Of a DNA stretch of 64,000 bases, positions 61,998 to 64,000 are shown in pieces. Each line of letters starts with the position of its first letter. The stretch's first letter is position 1. The translations under genes and the position numbers were made by a program. Below the pieces are notes generated by a model. The model made no database searches and was not told the origin of the DNA. It saw only the letters and a list, made by a program, of their open reading frames with translations. The stretch is from a virus (taxonomy: Duplodnaviria; Caudoviricetes): positions 1,305-65,304 of the IMG/VR virus record IMGVR_UViG_3300028832_000145; one strand, written 5' to 3'.

Positions 61998-62300
61998 ATG
62001 GGAAGACCAAGAGTAAACCACGATGACATTGCGCCGCAGGTCATCAAAGCATACGAAGAGCTGCACAACATATTGAAGGTGGCCGTGAGGTGTGGCATCA
62101 CGCAGAGGTCTGTGTCTACCATCCTCCGCGAGGCTGGAATCAATCTGCCTCATCACGGAGGACTGCCAAAGGCGAAGCCCGAAGACAAGGACACCTGTTT
62201 CTACTGCCGGGCCTACTCGCGCACAGACATCACCTCCGGCTGGTGCATGACACACCGGCGCATGACAGGAGCAAGCCGGAAGGAAGCATGTTACAAGTAA
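61998..62300 (+). CDS. HTH plus Cys-cluster protein
   Basis: KVAVRCGITQRSVSTIL HTH; CFYC..C..C. Confidence 0.6.
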   Translation: MGRPRVNHDDIAPQVIKAYEELHNILKVAVRCGITQRSVSTILREAGINLPHHGGLPKAKPEDKDTCFYCRAYSRTDITSGWCMTHRRMTGASRKEACYK

Positions 62301-62332
62301 TACATATTTTAACCCCTAAAAAAACAGCATTT

Positions 62333-62770
62333 ATGAACATGAAAGAATTATCAGAAAAGATGTCTCAGTTCACAGGAACTAAGACGGTCAACGCTTGCCG
62401 TATGTCACGGAAAGAAGCTGAGAAAGTAATTGGCCGAAAAGTCTACAACGATTCGGAAGACCGCGAAGACGAAGAAGGCTACCTTGTAAAGTATGCCGAC
62501 GACTATTTGAGCTGGAGTCCTCGAAAGACATTTGAAGACGCTTACTCTTGCAGTGAAACTTTCCTTGAGCGTATGCTTATTGAGCATAAAGAAGTCAAGG
62601 AACGCTACATCAAGGGCCGAGAGTTTTCATTTACGCAGGCATTTCGTCAGCTTAGCGACGAGGAACGTGGTCTCTTGCGCAAGCAGCTTGACCAGATGGA
62701 AGGTTATCTCTATACTCTTACTAAACGTATCGAGGTAGAGCTTTCTGAAACAAAAGGTAGAAGTGAATAA
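62333..62770 (+). CDS. Two-domain phage protein, crAss001_48-like C-terminus
   Basis: FTGTKTVNA..GYLVKY.D.Y.SWSP..FE.AY followed by RMLIE..LL..QL..M..Y...L..RI. Confidence 0.65.
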   Translation: MNMKELSEKMSQFTGTKTVNACRMSRKEAEKVIGRKVYNDSEDREDEEGYLVKYADDYLSWSPRKTFEDAYSCSETFLERMLIEHKEVKERYIKGREFSFTQAFRQLSDEERGLLRKQLDQMEGYLYTLTKRIEVELSETKGRSE

Positions 62771-62803
62771 CCCATTTATATTCACCCTAAAAACAAAACA
62801 ATT

Positions 62804-63001
62804 ATGGCAAACAAAACAAATTCTTCGACTGGAGGTATTGGATTCCTCGGACTTCTCACGATTGTATTTATCGTGCTCAAACTATGTAACGTGATTTCAT
62901 GGTCATGGTGGTGGGTACTCTCCCCGTTCTGGATTCCTATTGCTGTGGCAGTAATCATTGTCGTGGTGTACTTCGGCATAGCCATAGCACGGAATAAGTA
63001 A
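62804..63001 (+). CDS. Small membrane protein with WSWWWV motif
   Basis: GIGFLGLLTIVFIVLKL..ISWSWWWVLSPFWIP. Confidence 0.8.
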   Translation: MANKTNSSTGGIGFLGLLTIVFIVLKLCNVISWSWWWVLSPFWIPIAVAVIIVVVYFGIAIARNK

Positions 63002-63097
63002 CGCTAACTCATACGGGCAGGGCGACACGGAAAATAACTAAAAACAATAAATTCAAAACAGGGAAACTCCACCGCCCTGCCCTTAACACTTTCAAAC

Positions 63098-63301
63098 ATG
63101 AAACAATACTGCGTAACAGGCGTATCGAAGCTCTCAGGACAGCGTGAAATACTCACACCGCCATGCTCACGGCAAAACGCCTTGTATATCCTCAACCGGG
63201 GAAAGGCAAAGCGACTGCGCGACAGGGACTACACCCTCCTGCGGATGGAGCCTTACCCACCCCCTGTTCAGTTAGAACTAAACTTTAAGAATTTATACTA
63301 A
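63098..63301 (+). CDS. Small hypothetical protein
   Basis: 67 aa; YCVTGVSKLSGQREILTPP. Confidence 0.55.
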   Translation: MKQYCVTGVSKLSGQREILTPPCSRQNALYILNRGKAKRLRDRDYTLLRMEPYPPPVQLELNFKNLY

Positions 63302-63314
63302 ATCCCAAACAACA

Positions 63315-63770
63315 ATGAGAACAAGAACAGCAAACTGGTTCGTATGCCGAGTATCATACGAGAAAACAATGGATGACGGCCTCCAGAAGAAAGTGAAAGA
63401 GCTGTACGTCGTTGATGCCCTTAGCTTCACCGAGGCCGAGGCCCGTATCATGGAAGAAATGGCATCGTACATCAGCGGCGAGTATGACATTCAGGAGATA
63501 GACCGCGCTCCCTATAAAGAGATATTCTTCTCCGACATGGATTCTGCCGACAAGTGGTACAAGTCCAAGGTGCAGTTTATCACCATCGACGAGAAGACCG
63601 CCAAGGAGCATAAGACCACCGTGAACTATCTCGTTCAGGGCAGCAGCCTGGAGAACGCTCGTAAGAACATCGACGAGGTCATGGGAGCCACCATGATTGA
63701 CTACACCATCGCTGCCGTGGCCGAGACCACCATCATGGACGTGTTTGAATATACAAAGTCAAACGAATGA
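63315..63770 (+). CDS. DUF4494-family protein
   Basis: WFVCRVSYEK..YVVDALSFTEAEAR and a duplicated second half. Confidence 0.8.
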   Translation: MRTRTANWFVCRVSYEKTMDDGLQKKVKELYVVDALSFTEAEARIMEEMASYISGEYDIQEIDRAPYKEIFFSDMDSADKWYKSKVQFITIDEKTAKEHKTTVNYLVQGSSLENARKNIDEVMGATMIDYTIAAVAETTIMDVFEYTKSNE

Positions 63771-64000
63771 CTCACGCATCAGTATTCAGCGGAATAGGTG
63801 GCCCCGAAATAGCAGCGACGATGCTGGGCTGGGAAAACCTGTTCCATTGCGAGATAAACCCCTTCGGAAAGAGGGTGTTAGATTATTGGTACCCAAATGC
63901 AGAAAGTTATGACGACATCACACGAACAGACTTCACCAAGTGGAGAGGACGAGTTGACGTATTCACTGGCGGATTTCCTTGCCAGCCATTCAGTTATGCC
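63767..64000 (+). CDS. C5-cytosine DNA methyltransferase, 5' part, truncated by window end
   Basis: MTHASVFSGIGG motif I, HCEI, TGGFPCQPFS motif IV. Confidence 0.9.
   Translation, partial: MTHASVFSGIGGPEIAATMLGWENLFHCEINPFGKRVLDYWYPNAESYDDITRTDFTKWRGRVDVFTGGFPCQPFSYA

Larger units (their letters stand above)
1..64000. mobile_element. Temperate Bacteroidales bacteriophage, podovirus-like, most of the genome; apparently excised or virion form
   Basis: Continuous phage gene content: TerL, portal, capsid, endolysin/holin, integrase, CI/Cro, replication initiator. No host housekeeping genes. TAnnTTTG promoter boxes. No tape-measure gene. Confidence 0.95.

Overview
The whole 64 kb window is one temperate Bacteroidales phage, probably podovirus-like (no tape-measure gene; portal, ring adaptors, nozzle, fibres and internal virion proteins present). 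The Bacteroidota host is inferred from TAnnTTTG promoter boxes; a Prevotella-like host is a weaker inference from roughly 50% GC by eye. No host genes are visible, the integrase sits beside an apparently intact attP, and the early operon at 57.7-64 kb is the same gene class and orientation as 1-4.2 kb, so this looks like most of an excised or virion genome. Modules in order: early accessory genes, lysis, tail fibres with a DGR-type receptor-binding gene but no reverse transcriptase, capsid/scaffold/portal, adaptors, terminase, rhomboid protease, nozzle, a 6601-aa DarB-like polyvalent protein, ejection proteins, integrase/attP, a four-gene cassette with a CCC-motif membrane protein, CI/Cro, replication, and a truncated C5 methyltransferase. 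Best leads: (1) a major capsid protein with a signal-anchor-like N-terminus, a phage rhomboid protease beside TerL, and an unannotated 54-aa ORF that copies the capsid segment just after the anchor, together suggesting a membrane-tethered, protease-released head assembly pathway; (2) seven copies of a roughly 35-bp hairpin element lying in frame inside unrelated genes; (3) a conserved motif 18-19 nt upstream of four promoters that links the CCC cassette to the late genes. All family assignments come from motif recognition by eye, not database searches.
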